Shown here: in pieces, positions 1 to 11,061 of the stretch
Layout: each line of letters begins with the position of its first letter
Numbering within the stretch: the first letter of the stretch is position 1
Assembly: GCF_003334255.1 (NCBI RefSeq)
Contig: NZ_QOWU01000012.1
DNA: 64,000 nt
Source: Escherichia coli
Lineage (GTDB): Bacteria > Pseudomonadota > Gammaproteobacteria > Enterobacterales > Enterobacteriaceae
Reading direction: 5' to 3' (one strand)
Notes under the pieces: model-generated
Database searches by the model: none
What the model saw: only the letters and a program-made list of their open reading frames with translations
Told to the model about the DNA's origin: nothing
Made by a program: the position numbers and the translations under genes

Positions 1-1
1 T

Positions 2-259
2 ATTACGCGCCAGCTTCAGCGTCATCCGACCATGCGTGTGTTCCATAAGTTAATGGATTACCACTTAAATGAAGCGGAAGAAGGGCGTGCCAAAGAGAGC
101 CTGATGGTGCTGCGTGACATGGTTGGCGAGAAGGTACGTAGTAAGCCTCGTTATCGTTGCCAGAAATGTGGTTTTACCGCATACACCCTCTACTGGCATT
201 GTCCGTCTTGTCGGGCCTGGTCAACCATTAAACCGATTCGCGGTCTTGATGGCCTGTAA
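2..259 (+). CDS. lapB: LapB (YciM) C-terminal fragment; 5' end lies outside the window
   Basis: Frame open from window edge to stop at 257-259; C-terminal CxxC...CxxC rubredoxin-like motif (CQKCGF...CPSCRAW); sits directly upstream of pyrF as in E. coli. Confidence 0.85.
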   Translation: MTRQLQRHPTMRVFHKLMDYHLNEAEEGRAKESLMVLRDMVGEKVRSKPRYRCQKCGFTAYTLYWHCPSCRAWSTIKPIRGLDGL

Positions 260-452
260 TTTTTAAAAAAAATCCGACTTTAGTTACAACATACTAATTA
301 TTAATGTTCCATTGTGCTCCGGCAACGACGGCGCAGAAAAAGCCTGCCAGGGGAGAAATCGCAACTGTTAATTTTTTATTTCCACGGGTAGAATGCTCGC
401 CGTTTACCTGTTTCGCGCCACTTCCGGTGCCCATCATCAAGAAGGTCTGGTC

Positions 453-1190
453 ATGACGTTAACTGCTTCATCTTCTTCCCGCGCTGTTACGAATTCTCCT
501 GTGGTTGTTGCCCTTGATTATCATAATCGTGATGACGCGCTGGCCTTTGTCGACAAGATCGACCCACGCGATTGTCGTCTGAAGGTCGGCAAAGAGATGT
601 TTACATTGTTTGGGCCACAGTTTGTGCGCGAACTTCAACAGCGTGGTTTTGATATCTTTCTTGACCTGAAATTCCACGATATCCCCAACACTGCAGCGCA
701 CGCTGTCGCTGCTGCAGCTGACTTAGGCGTGTGGATGGTGAATGTTCATGCCTCTGGTGGGGCGCGTATGATGACCGCAGCGCGTGAGGCACTGGTTCCG
801 TTTGGCAAAGATGCACCGCTTTTGATTGCTGTGACAGTGTTGACCAGCATGGAAGCCAGCGACCTGGTCGATCTTGGCATGACACTGTCACCTGCAGATT
901 ATGCAGAACGTCTGGCGGCACTGACGCAAAAATGTGGCCTTGATGGTGTGGTGTGTTCTGCTCAGGAAGCTGTGCGCTTTAAACAGGTATTCGGTCAGGA
1001 GTTCAAACTGGTTACGCCGGGCATTCGTCCGCAGGGGAGTGAAGCTGGTGACCAGCGCCGCATTATGACGCCAGAACAGGCGTTGTCGGCTGGTGTTGAT
1101 TATATGGTGATTGGTCGCCCGGTAACGCAATCGGTAGATCCAGCGCAGACGCTGAAAGCGATCAACGCCTCTTTACAGCGGAGTGCATGA
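453..1190 (+). CDS. pyrF: Orotidine-5'-phosphate decarboxylase
   Basis: 245-aa product from internal ATG at 453 (ORF track begins at 393); translation [23 protein letters not shown]... with the OMP decarboxylase DxK active-site region ([11 protein letters not shown]). Confidence 0.93.
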   Translation: MTLTASSSSRAVTNSPVVVALDYHNRDDALAFVDKIDPRDCRLKVGKEMFTLFGPQFVRELQQRGFDIFLDLKFHDIPNTAAHAVAAAADLGVWMVNVHASGGARMMTAAREALVPFGKDAPLLIAVTVLTSMEASDLVDLGMTLSPADYAERLAALTQKCGLDGVVCSAQEAVRFKQVFGQEFKLVTPGIRPQGSEAGDQRRIMTPEQALSAGVDYMVIGRPVTQSVDPAQTLKAINASLQRSA

Positions 1191-1516
1191 TGAGTGATTC
1201 CAACAGCCGTCTGGTCTACTCAACGGAAACCGGACGTATTGATGAGCCCAAAGCGGCCCCTGTACGCCCTAAAGGCGACGGTGTGGTGCGTATTCAGCGT
1301 CAGACCAGTGGACGTAAAGGTAAGGGCGTTTGCCTGATTACCGGTGTCGATCTCGATGATGCCGAACTGACAAAACTTGCAGCGGAACTGAAGAAAAAAT
1401 GCGGCTGCGGCGGAGCAGTTAAAGATGGAGTTATTGAAATCCAGGGCGATAAGCGTGATTTATTAAAATCACTACTTGAAGCGAAAGGGATGAAGGTAAA
1501 ACTCGCAGGCGGTTAA
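1190..1516 (+). CDS. yciH: SUI1-family translation initiation factor homolog YciH
   Basis: 108-109 aa ORF overlapping the pyrF stop (ATGATGA); SUI1-like sequence; start 1187 or 1190. Confidence 0.9.
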   Translation: MSDSNSRLVYSTETGRIDEPKAAPVRPKGDGVVRIQRQTSGRKGKGVCLITGVDLDDAELTKLAAELKKKCGCGGAVKDGVIEIQGDKRDLLKSLLEAKGMKVKLAGG

Positions 1517-1520
1517 CATA

Positions 1521-1547
1521 AAAAGCCACGGATATATCCGTGGCTTT
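1521..1547 (+). terminator. Stem-loop downstream of yciH (aaagccacgga / tccgtggcttt)
   Basis: Perfect 11-bp inverted repeat with 4-nt loop 5 bp after the yciH stop, followed by a T-containing tract. Confidence 0.6.
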
Positions 1548-1641
1548 CGAATATTTTACTGTGCGTATTATTCAGTTATTTCGTACTGAACAGAATCAAG
1601 CGTATTATAATTGCGAGTCGATAATCGACATTTATTTACGA

Positions 1642-1860
1642 TTATTTACCGACCTGGTGACCAATAACACCACCGACAGCTGCACCACCTAATGTACCCA
1701 ACGTACTGCCATCGGTCAGTACTGCACCGCCTAATGCCCCTGCACCCGCGCCGATTGCGGTGTTGCGGTCCCGTTTAGACCAGTTAGAACAGGCACTCAG
1801 AGACATTGCCAAAGTAATTGCCAGAACAGCCGCGGTCATTTTTTTGCTCGTTACAAACAT
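1642..1860 (-). CDS. osmB: Osmotically inducible lipoprotein OsmB
   Basis: 72 aa, lipoprotein signal with lipobox LSAC, glycine-rich repeats GAGAGALGG. Confidence 0.93.
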   Translation of the reverse strand: MFVTSKKMTAAVLAITLAMSLSACSNWSKRDRNTAIGAGAGALGGAVLTDGSTLGTLGGAAVGGVIGHQVGK

Positions 1861-2128
1861 AATACTCTCTCCTGAATTTATGATTCACGGAAGTAAGCTC
1901 TCTATAACTATAATAGCTAAGAATAAGCCTGGTGAAATTATTCCGTGAAATCTGCTCGCGCGCAGGGTTATATCACGCAGGTGATAATGACTTCCTGTTA
2001 TATCGCTGATAATAATTTTATATCTTGAGAGTGTTAATAACAGGTAAATAGTCTTAATTATCAACCAGGAATCATCTTAGAGCGGATGATTTGCCAAACT
2101 GCAAATCATCCGTAGAGAAGGGAAATGG

Positions 2129-2878
2129 TTAAATGTCAACGACGTGAACGGTGAGTTTACTGTGCTCAAGATGCATCAGATCGCTGGCGCGTATTTTCGA
2201 ATCGGTAATCACGCGATTGAATCGCTCAACGGGACCGATGGAGTATGAATGTACAGCACCAAATTTCGAGCTGTCAGTCAGGACTATCGCTTCGCACTCT
2301 TTTTCCAGCACGGCATTGACCACATCGGTACGCATCATATCGCGACCGGTAAATCCAGTTTCAGGTTGCCAGCCATCAATACCAATAAATGCTTTGCTGA
2401 AATGCACCTGTTGGATGCACTGGCGTGTCAAAGGGCCAACCATACTTTCGCTTTTTTTCTGATACACGCCACCGAGCAAAATAACTTCACAAGGCGCGTC
2501 TTTCAGCAAATGCGCGATGTAGCTGCTGACCGTGATGATAGTGACATTTTTCTTCTGCTCGCCCAGAGTCCGGGCGAGTAGGGCATTGCTGCTGCCATTT
2601 TCGATAAAGATGGTTTCGCCCGGTTGAACCAGCGACGCGGCAAACTCGGCGAGTTCACGCTTCAGCGTATAGTTGCTCATCATACGGGTTTCGACGTCAT
2701 CACTATCAAGCGAAACAGCAAAGCCATGTGCACGGCGGAGGTAACTCAGTTTTTCGAGTGTGTTGAGATCCTGGCGAATGGTAACTTCAGAAACTCCAGT
2801 GGCTTTTGCCAGATCGGTTACGCTAACCTGACCCTGGTCAATGACCATCTGTAGAATAGTTTGTTGTCGGGAATTCAT
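2129..2878 (-). CDS. yciT: DeoR-family transcriptional regulator YciT
   Basis: 249 aa; N-terminal HTH (DeoR type) plus sugar-binding-like C-terminal domain; position between osmB and yciZ. Confidence 0.88.
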   Translation of the reverse strand: MNSRQQTILQMVIDQGQVSVTDLAKATGVSEVTIRQDLNTLEKLSYLRRAHGFAVSLDSDDVETRMMSNYTLKRELAEFAASLVQPGETIFIENGSSNALLARTLGEQKKNVTIITVSSYIAHLLKDAPCEVILLGGVYQKKSESMVGPLTRQCIQQVHFSKAFIGIDGWQPETGFTGRDMMRTDVVNAVLEKECEAIVLTDSSKFGAVHSYSIGPVERFNRVITDSKIRASDLMHLEHSKLTVHVVDI

Positions 2879-2967
2879 CGCTGTAATTCTTATAACGTTA
2901 TAATACTTAATAAAAAAATACTGACGCGCCGGGCATCCTCAAATAGGAAAACCTGAAGGCACGATTG

Positions 2968-3141
2968 TTAAATCTCCCACGGTGCCTTCGGGATGTCTGG
3001 CGTAGATTCAGCAACCTGGCGCAAGAGTTCTGCTTTAAGTATCTCGAGATTATGGATCGCAGAGTGGTAATCGCCTGCCACAAGGATATCTAACACAATA
3101 TCAATACGTTCGGCAACGCGCTGGGCATCAAATTCAGACAT
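2968..3141 (-). CDS. yciZ: Small protein YciZ (UPF0509)
   Basis: 57-aa product from internal ATG (ORF track 60 aa from 3150); [20 protein letters not shown]... Confidence 0.75.
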
Positions 3142-3288
3142 CAAGGACATCCTTATAGCAAAAGGGGGAAAATGAATAATGCAAAAATTGCCGCTAAAAG
3201 AGAAGTGTTTAACAGCAACGGCTAATTATCATCCAGGAATACGATATATAATGACGGGATATAGCGCTAAGTATATATATTCATCTAC

Positions 3289-5274
3289 TTATGCGCGCTT
3301 CAGATAGCGTTTATACCAGCGTTCGAAGGCGACGGCGGGCATCGGTTTGGCAAACAAAAATCCTTGCCGCTCATTGATCCCGTTCTTGGTTAAAAAAGCA
3401 TCTTCCTTTGCACTCTCTACACCTTCGGCGATCACCTGAAGATTCAATGCCTGGGCCACAGCGACGATCGCCCGGACCAGTGACTGCGAGACAGGTTGTT
3501 TGTGAATATCTCGAACAAAAACCTGGTCAAGTTTGATGGCATCGATCGGAAAGCGCGCCAGTTGCGAAAGTGAAGAGTAGCCGGTACCAAAATCATCCAG
3601 ATGCACTTGCGCACCTAGTTGGCTAAATTGTTGAATAACAGACAGTGCCAGTTCATCATTCTCAATCAGACAACTCTCTGTCAGTTCAACATCTATAGGG
3701 CAGTATTCAAAATTGAGTTCCTGGAGAACCTGTTTCAGGGCGGTGAAAATGGTTTGATCGGCGAGCTGACGTGCAGAAATATTTACCGCCACTCGCAGGT
3801 TTATGCCTTTATCCCGCCACTTTGCCACCTGGCGTACGACATCGAGAATCACCCAACGGCCTAAAGGCACAATTAGCCCTGACTCTTCGGCGTAGGAAAT
3901 GAAGTCCAACGGTGGAATCAACCCACGTTCAGGTGACTGCCAACGTACTAGTGCTTCCAGACTGCGCACTTCGCCACGCCAGGTGATTTTCGGTTGATAG
4001 TGAATAACCAACTGATCGTTTTCCAGTGCTTTACGCAAGTTGGTATCCAGCCAGAGATATTCAAATACCCGTTGATTCATTTCTGGGGTAAAAACGCAAA
4101 ATTGTCCTCGTCCGCCTTCCTTCGCTGTGTACATTGCTGTGTCGGCGTGACGAATAATAGCCGTGCTGTCTGAACCATGTTCGGGAGAGAGTGCAATACC
4201 TACTGAACAGCTGGTATAAACTTCAATTAAACCAATGCGAAAGGGGAGCCGTAAGCGGGTCAAAATTCGTGATGCCATTGCTTCCAGCGCGCTTTGTGAG
4301 GTGTTGGATGCCAGTACCAGAAACTCATCCCCACCTGGACGCGCCAACACCTGGTCATGTTCGAGACAGCTTAAAATAGCCAATGACACGTCGCGTAATA
4401 ACTGGTCACCAAACAAATGCCCATAGGCGTCGTTGACCTTTTTGAAATTATCCAAATCAAGATACACAACCCCAACTTTATTGTTATCTGCATGATTAAT
4501 AGCGTGATCGATTAAATCCTGCATTGCGTTACGATTCGGCAGTCCGGTGATACTGTCGGTATTTGCCAGAATACGCAGTCGCTCCTGAGCGCGGCGCTCT
4601 TCGGTAATGTCGGTGCCGGAACAGATTAAAAAAATCTCGTTTTTGCCACTGCCGCTGTGGACAAATTTATTGCGAAACAGAAACAGCCGCTGGCCTTTAC
4701 ATGTTGGTATCCACAGTTCGACTTCATATGCATTGCCGCTTCGAAAAAATACACGGTTATTGCGCCTGGATGCCGCAGCTTCACGACGGCTCATAAACAG
4801 TTTAAACACGCTTTGCCCAATGACGTCGTGTTCTTTCAACCCTGTGTAATCTTCACATAACCGATTGAAGCGTTGGATATTCCCCCGGCTGTCGAGAATC
4901 ACTATTGCGGAATGTGCTTCAGAAACTACCTGCTCAGCAAAGGAAAGCCCGTGTGATAAATCACGAGCAACCGCCGGTGTGTCATGCCATGCAGACGCGT
5001 TGCCAGCCCATTCCCGTTTATTGATTTTTCGTCCTACCAGATGCACAGAAAGATCGCTTTCATCGACGGTCAGACTCATCATCAGGCTGGAGGTGATGAC
5101 CGTCATTTCCCTGATGCGAGCAGCCTGTTCGGCAGATAACTGCAATGTACGATCAGGTTCTGTGGTTTCGGTGGTAGAAAAGCGCAAAACATCGCTGCTT
5201 TCCGTCAACCGCCAGTATGGATTGTGCGATCCGAGAAAGTTGTACAACGTTGTGGACTCCCTAACGGTTTTCAT
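3289..5274 (-). CDS. pdeR: Cyclic di-GMP phosphodiesterase PdeR (YciR/Gmr), PAS-GGDEF-EAL
   Basis: 661 aa; GGDEF motif region (RPGGDEFLVL) followed by EAL domain (EALVRW... QGFLFAKP). Confidence 0.93.
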   Translation of the reverse strand: MKTVRESTTLYNFLGSHNPYWRLTESSDVLRFSTTETTEPDRTLQLSAEQAARIREMTVITSSLMMSLTVDESDLSVHLVGRKINKREWAGNASAWHDTPAVARDLSHGLSFAEQVVSEAHSAIVILDSRGNIQRFNRLCEDYTGLKEHDVIGQSVFKLFMSRREAAASRRNNRVFFRSGNAYEVELWIPTCKGQRLFLFRNKFVHSGSGKNEIFLICSGTDITEERRAQERLRILANTDSITGLPNRNAMQDLIDHAINHADNNKVGVVYLDLDNFKKVNDAYGHLFGDQLLRDVSLAILSCLEHDQVLARPGGDEFLVLASNTSQSALEAMASRILTRLRLPFRIGLIEVYTSCSVGIALSPEHGSDSTAIIRHADTAMYTAKEGGRGQFCVFTPEMNQRVFEYLWLDTNLRKALENDQLVIHYQPKITWRGEVRSLEALVRWQSPERGLIPPLDFISYAEESGLIVPLGRWVILDVVRQVAKWRDKGINLRVAVNISARQLADQTIFTALKQVLQELNFEYCPIDVELTESCLIENDELALSVIQQFSQLGAQVHLDDFGTGYSSLSQLARFPIDAIKLDQVFVRDIHKQPVSQSLVRAIVAVAQALNLQVIAEGVESAKEDAFLTKNGINERQGFLFAKPMPAVAFERWYKRYLKRA

Positions 5275-5461
5275 GATGCATATCCTCCGGTTAACAGCGG
5301 AGTCCGCGGTTAAATAAAAGGAACAACATGACTTACATGAAATTAACGGCGGCTAAACGCATTGTTTTTTTTATATATTTATTTGTAATCCAGTTTTGGA
5401 AAAACGCCAGTTTTCAAACGAAAGTCAGTTAAAAAATCTGCCTGGATATAACGAAGGTAGA

Positions 5462-5499
5462 GCGGGGAAATAAACGGCCCATCCATGAGGAATGGGCCG
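5462..5499 (-). terminator. Intrinsic terminator of rnb
   Basis: Hairpin cggcccat / atgggccg immediately downstream of the rnb stop, followed on the minus strand by TTTATTT. Confidence 0.65.
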
Positions 5500-5509
5500 T
5501 GAAAGGAGA

Positions 5510-7444
5510 TTACGCGACCGGGCGCGCAATAATGCTGCGGGTTTCCATGCGGACTTCGGCAATAGTGACGTCAATAACGTCAGTCACTTTGTAAACCGTT
5601 TCACCTTTAATTTGTACAGTGCCGTTTTCCTGGCTGCAAACCAGTTCATCGCGCACAGCGTGTAAGAAAGGTGCCGGAATAAAGGCGATAGCGCCGTTAT
5701 CAACCAAACGAACACGCATGCCGCCACGGCTGATATCGACAATTTCCGCTGCGAAACGGGTGTCGGTCCCGGCTTTGTCTTTCAGGAAGCGTGCGTATAA
5801 CCAGTCACCAACATCACGTTCTGCCATCCGGTTGAGACGGCGACGCTCGGCCATTTGGACAGTGATTTCATCCTGTGGGCGCGTCGCAGTTTCGCCTTTG
5901 ATAACCGCTTTCAGCAGACGGTGGTTGATCATGTCGCCATATTTACGGATCGGCGAAGTCCAGGTGGCGTATGCTTCCAGACCGAGGCCAAAGTGAGGAC
6001 CGGGTTCAGTGCTAATTTCAGCAAATGACTGGAAGCGACGAATGCGGCTGTCGAGGAAACCAGTTGGTTGCGCGTCCAGTTCACGACGCAGTTTGCAGAA
6101 ACCGTCCAGCGTGAGCACTTCTTCGGCATCGACATGCAGACCGTGCGTTTTCAGCAACGCTGCCAGCGCGTCGGCATTCGCCGGATCAAAGCCCATATGC
6201 ACGTTATAGATGCCAAAACCGAGCTTATCGCGCAGTACGCGGGCCGCACAAATGTTAGCGGCAATCATCGCTTCTTCGACGATACGGTTGGCAATGCGAC
6301 GAGGCTCGGCGACGATATCCAGCACTTCACCTTTTTCACCGAGAATAAAGCGGTAATCCGGGCGATCTTTAAACACCAGTGCGTGGTTATGACGCCACTC
6401 GCCGCGGCGTTGGCAAATTTGCGCTAGCAAACGGACTTGTTCGGCAATTGCTTCACTTTCAGGCTGCCAGTCACCGGTATTTTCCAGCCAGTCAGAAACC
6501 TGGTCATACACCAGCTTTGCTTTGGATTCGATGGTGGCGGCAAAGAATTCGATATTATCTTCAATGGTGCCATCAGCGGAGAGCGTCATGCGGCATGCCA
6601 GTACCGGGCGGACTTCATTGGCGCGCAGTGAGCAGAGATCGTCAGAAAGCTCGCGAGGCAGCATAGGGATGTTGAAGCCAGGCAGATAGTTGGTGAATGC
6701 GCGAATTTTCGCGGCTTTGTCCAGCTTGCTGCCTTCAGCAATCCACGCGGTTGGATCGGCAATCGCCACAATCAGCTGAAGTTTGTCATCCGGCAACGCC
6801 TTAGCGAAAAGGGCGTCATCCATATCTTCTGTGCTGGCACTGTCGATGGTGACAAAATCCAGCGCGGTCAGATCTTCACGAACCAGACCTTCATCGAGCA
6901 TTTCGGTAGCGACGCCGTCTGGTGCTTCTTTTTCCAGATTATGGCGTGCAAGGGTAACCCACCACGGTACAAAGTGATCGTCACCAAAAGTGATGTATTG
7001 TGTCAGTTCTGCATAGAAAGAACGATCGCCTTTCAGCGGATGACGGCGCATTTCGGCAACCGCCCAGTCGCCTTCTTTAAACTCGTGGTTCAGGCCACGG
7101 GCTGCGCGGCAAGGAATGGCGTCTTTTAAGAGTGGATGATCAGGAACGATGGCCAGACGGTCATTTTTGCCCTGAACCTTACCCACGAAACGAGTCAGGA
7201 ACGGTTCAACCAGTTCTTCTGGCTCTGCGGATTCACGTTCTTTTTCACTGTGGATCACCGCGATAATTCGGTCGCCATGCATGACTTTTTTCATCTGCGG
7301 CGGCGGAATGAAATAACTTTTTTGCGCGTCGACTTCCAGGAAGCCAAAGCCTTTTTCTGTGGCTTTTACCACCCCTTCAGCGCGTGGCGTCTGGGAATGC
7401 AGTTGCTGTTTAAGCTGCGCTAGCAGCGGGTTGTCCTGAAACAT
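5510..7444 (-). CDS. rnb: Exoribonuclease II
   Basis: 644 aa; RNB catalytic domain and C-terminal S1 domain; [22 protein letters not shown]-terminus. Confidence 0.95.
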
Positions 7445-7511
7445 AATTGTCTATTTTGGTGGCCATTAGAGCGGCTGACAGTTTTACGCGAATCTGTCTG
7501 ACGCGGCAAGG

Positions 7512-8639
7512 TTAATATGTCTCACCCAACGCGATTTTTAAGCGATTTATCCAGCCACACAGCCCGCTCCATACCAGCAGATTAATAATCTGCGTTGATG
7601 ATTTTTCGTGTTCGAGTAAAGGGCTGAACTGGGCGGCGCTAAAGCGATCGGGTGCTCGGGTCAGCCATTGTATCGCCTGAACGGTAGCGCGCTCAACAGA
7701 ATGACGGTCAGCCCATTGGTTAATTTCATTTTCGCCCTTGCGCATAAGGGTGCTGATTTTTTTATATTCATTTGATGAATCCATACAGGTGGCAAAACAA
7801 GCAGGACTGCCATTTATACGCGCGCATAACAACGCCGCAAGCTGATTATCCGGCTGTGTATTGCCCCGTGTGCTGTTTAACAACTTTTCGAGAAGGGAAA
7901 GTGAAATAGGGTGGAGAGAGAGTATTTCGGCCAGTTGGCAAAGTTCTGCAGTTGAACTTTTTGTGTGCTCTTCAGGTAGTTTTTCCACCTCATAGCTGCT
8001 TCGCCAGCGTAATGATTCATCAGCAAACAGTGACGCGTCGGCGTAGTTTTGTATCTCCAGCCCGGGTAACCAGCGTACCGGATGCCCGAGATAAGCCTGA
8101 AATGTCGCAATTGTCCGCGCCTGAAAGCCAATAAAACCAATGATTTGGCTAATGATCACACAGTCCCAGGCAGTAAGACCGACGTCATTCAGATGCTGGC
8201 GCGATCGGTTGTCGATAATAGAAGGCGAGCTAGCCAGTTGGCGGGCATATTGCGTGATTTGTGCCAACCGATGATTACTTTCCCTGGTGGAATCAGGCCC
8301 GGGGAGCGGCGTAAGTCGCGCCGAATAGTAGTTACATAACCGCTGGACGCCGCAAACCTGAGCAACCGTCAGGGCCGTCGACAAGCGTTCATAAGCGGTG
8401 AAGGTCTGTGAACGGGTCACGGTAAGCTGGTCAGGGAACAAATCCACTGCAAGAACACGCGCAGGGTCCAGCCATGAAAGGAAGGGGGCCAGCGTTTCTT
8501 TTTCAAGGATCACGTCGAGTAGAAAGGGATCGCTGACCTTTGCGGCTTCCGGGACCAGAGGCAGAACGTCATACTCCGTAGTACTGGATTGCGTTTCATG
8601 ATACCAGTGGCTTTTGCCGGTGATGTGGCGTTGTTCCAT
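7512..8639 (-). CDS. yciW: Uncharacterised protein YciW (CMD/AhpD-like fold)
   Basis: 375-aa product from internal ATG 8639 (ORF track 401 aa from 8717); translation [17 protein letters not shown]... Confidence 0.8.
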
Positions 8640-8782
8640 GGGCGCTCCTTGGTCGTAAAGGAAATCGTTATCCTGACGCAAGGCGGGAAGGGGAGAAAGA
8701 CGGATCGGCGATAACAAATATCAGAAAGGTATAACAGAGATAACGGGCGGCAGAACGCCGCCCATCTTTACCAACAGAACGA

Positions 8783-9571
8783 TTATTTCAGTTCGAGTTC
8801 GTTCATTGCAGCAATGCTGAAACCGCCGTCAACGTGGACCACTTCACCGGAGATACCGGCAGAGAGATCGGAGCACAGGAATGCCGCAGAGTTACCCACA
8901 TCTTCAATAGTAACGGTACGGCGAATCGGGGTAACGGCTTCGCAATGAGCCAGCATTTTGCGGAAGTCTTTGATACCGGAGGCCGCCAGAGTACGGATCG
9001 GACCAGCAGAGATGGCGTTAACACGCACACCTTCCGGACCCATCGCGTTCGCCATATAGCGCACGTTCGCTTCCAGAGACGCTTTTGCCAGACCCATAAC
9101 GTTGTAGTTCGGGATAGCGCGCTCAGCGCCAAGGTAGGAAAGGGTCAGCAGGGCAGAACCCGGATTCAGCATGGAGCGGCAAGCTTTTGCCATTGCAACG
9201 AAGCTGTAGGAGCTGATGTCGTGGGCAATTTTGAAGCCTTCACGGGTAACGGCGTTAACATAGTCACCATCCAGCTGATCGCCAGGTGCAAAACCAATAG
9301 AGTGTACGAAACCGTCAAATTTCGGCCAAACTTTCCCCAGTTCAGCGAACATGGTGTCGATGCTGGCATCTTCTGCAACATCGCACTGCAGAACGATGTC
9401 AGAACCCAATTGAGCGGCAAATTCTTCTACGCGGCCTTTCAGTTTGTCGTTCTGGTAGGTGAATGCCAGTTCAGCTCCTTCGCGGTGCATCGCCTGAGCG
9501 ATACCGTAGGCGATGGATAGTTTGCTGGCAACACCGGTTACCAGAATGCGCTTACCGGAAAGAAAACCCAT
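8783..9571 (-). CDS. fabI: Enoyl-[acyl-carrier-protein] reductase (NADH) FabI
   Basis: 262 aa; [26 protein letters not shown]...; SDR-type enoyl-ACP reductase. Confidence 0.96.
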
Positions 9572-9699
9572 AGCTTTAATCCTTATTGTTGATGCTTGTT
9601 GTGCCTGAAAATCAGGCGATTCGTCGTTTTAGTAAACAGTACGAACAGATAAACGGTTATTATAATCAACCTGGCTGTGAGTAGCTATAGTTGCCAGGT

Positions 9700-9790
9700 C
9701 CGACCGGAGCAGGCTGCGGCAGGGGGGGCGCTTTTCCCCTCACCCTAACCCTCTCCCCAGAGGGGCGAGGGGACCGTATTGTGCAAATAT
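9700..9790. repeat. GC-rich imperfect palindromic intergenic repeat (family not assigned)
   Basis: cccctcaccctaaccctctcccc / agaggggcgagggg inverted segments; overlaps the 3' end of the ycjD reading frame. Confidence 0.4.
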
Positions 9791-10186
9791 TGTTACCCCA
9801 GCAACAAACAGGCTCATACAGCCCCTAACCCTTTCATGGCGATGGCTGGGACGGTTCAGACCTTGCCGAATATTCTCCAGCACCGTCTCCTCATTACAAT
9901 CAATCTCGTTATTCCAGAAACGCAGCACGGTCCAGCCCTGCGACTCAAGCCAGCTAGTGCGCCTGGAATCATAGGCAACTGCTAAATCATGCTGCCCACC
10001 ATCCAGCTCAACGACTACACGCGCCGAGCAGCAAGCAAAATCGAGAATGTAGCTCCCCACTGGATGTTGACGGCGAAATTTGAAATCACTAAAACGTCGG
10101 CTGCGAAGATATCGCCAGAGCTTTCGTTCCTGCAAAGTGAGATTGCGTCTTAAATCACGCGCATTTGATTTAATTTTATCTATCAC
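9740..10186 (-). CDS. ycjD: DUF559-family protein YcjD (C-terminal ~30 aa read into a GC-rich repeat)
   Basis: 148-aa ORF; N-terminal ~115 aa match YcjD (MIDKIKSNARDLRRNLTLQERKLW...); the tail ...GPLAPLGRGLG is encoded by repeat sequence. Confidence 0.7.
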   Translation of the reverse strand: MIDKIKSNARDLRRNLTLQERKLWRYLRSRRFSDFKFRRQHPVGSYILDFACCSARVVVELDGGQHDLAVAYDSRRTSWLESQGWTVLRFWNNEIDCNEETVLENIRQGLNRPSHRHERVRGCMSLFVAGVTIFAQYGPLAPLGRGLG

Positions 10187-10253
10187 CTCATTCTGACAAG
10201 ATTTAATCTTTTGTCAGAATGAGGTGAATAATCTGGAAGGAGGATTCAGAAAA

Positions 10254-11060
10254 TTAGCGATCTTTACGCCACGCATCCGCCGTCAATGCCTCGCCAAAAT
10301 GACCGGCAATCAGCCGTTTGGTGAGTTCATGCAGCGGCGATGCCAGCACATCCGCGGTGCTGCCTCGCTCGACAACCTCGCCCTGATGCATCACCAGCAC
10401 CTGGTCGCTAATGTGCTTCATCATTCCGATATGCTGGGTAACATAAATATACGAAATGCCCTGTTTTTCCTGTAATTCCAGCATCAGATTAATCAACTGC
10501 GAACGCATCGACATATCCAGTGAAGCGAGGGCTTCATCGGCAATAATGACTTTTGGGCGCAATATCAGCGCGCGCGCCAGACCCAGACGCTGTTTTTGTC
10601 CGGGTGCCAACATATGCGGATAGTAACTGACGTGATCCGGTAGCAGCCCAACCATACGCATCGTTTCAATAATCTGTTTGCGACGCTGTTCCGGTTCCAG
10701 GTCGGTGTTCAGGCGCAGTGGAAAATCCAGAATTTGCGAGATACGTTGACGGGGATTCAACGAGGTCGAAGGATCCTGAAAAATCATGCGAATACGCTGA
10801 CTGCGGAAGGAATAATCGCCAAAATGCAGTGGATGATCGTCAATCAATAACTCGCCGCTGGTAGGCTCTATCATTCCCGCCAGCATTTTTGCCAGCGTGG
10901 ATTTACCCGAACCATTCTCGCCAATAATCGCCAGTGTCTGGCCTTCACGTAGCGTAAAGCTCAAGGGTTTTACCGCTTCTACGGTCTGACGACGAAACCA
11001 GCCGGTCCGGTAGCGGAACGTTTTACTTAAATTACGCACTTCAAGCAGCGTTTCGATCAT
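10254..11060 (-). CDS. sapF: ABC transporter ATP-binding protein SapF
   Basis: 268 aa; Walker A GENGSGKST, ABC signature. Confidence 0.93.
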   Translation of the reverse strand: MIETLLEVRNLSKTFRYRTGWFRRQTVEAVKPLSFTLREGQTLAIIGENGSGKSTLAKMLAGMIEPTSGELLIDDHPLHFGDYSFRSQRIRMIFQDPSTSLNPRQRISQILDFPLRLNTDLEPEQRRKQIIETMRMVGLLPDHVSYYPHMLAPGQKQRLGLARALILRPKVIIADEALASLDMSMRSQLINLMLELQEKQGISYIYVTQHIGMMKHISDQVLVMHQGEVVERGSTADVLASPLHELTKRLIAGHFGEALTADAWRKDR

Positions 11061-11061
11061 C

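Noticed and set aside
4865-5317. 150-aa ORF antisense to the 5' part of pdeR
   Set aside because: Antisense to a confidently assigned PAS-GGDEF-EAL gene; no start context.
8834-9520. 228-aa ORF on the plus strand, antisense to fabI
   Set aside because: Lies entirely within and opposite the well-supported fabI CDS; no RBS; composition typical of a chance open frame opposite a GC-rich, codon-biased gene.
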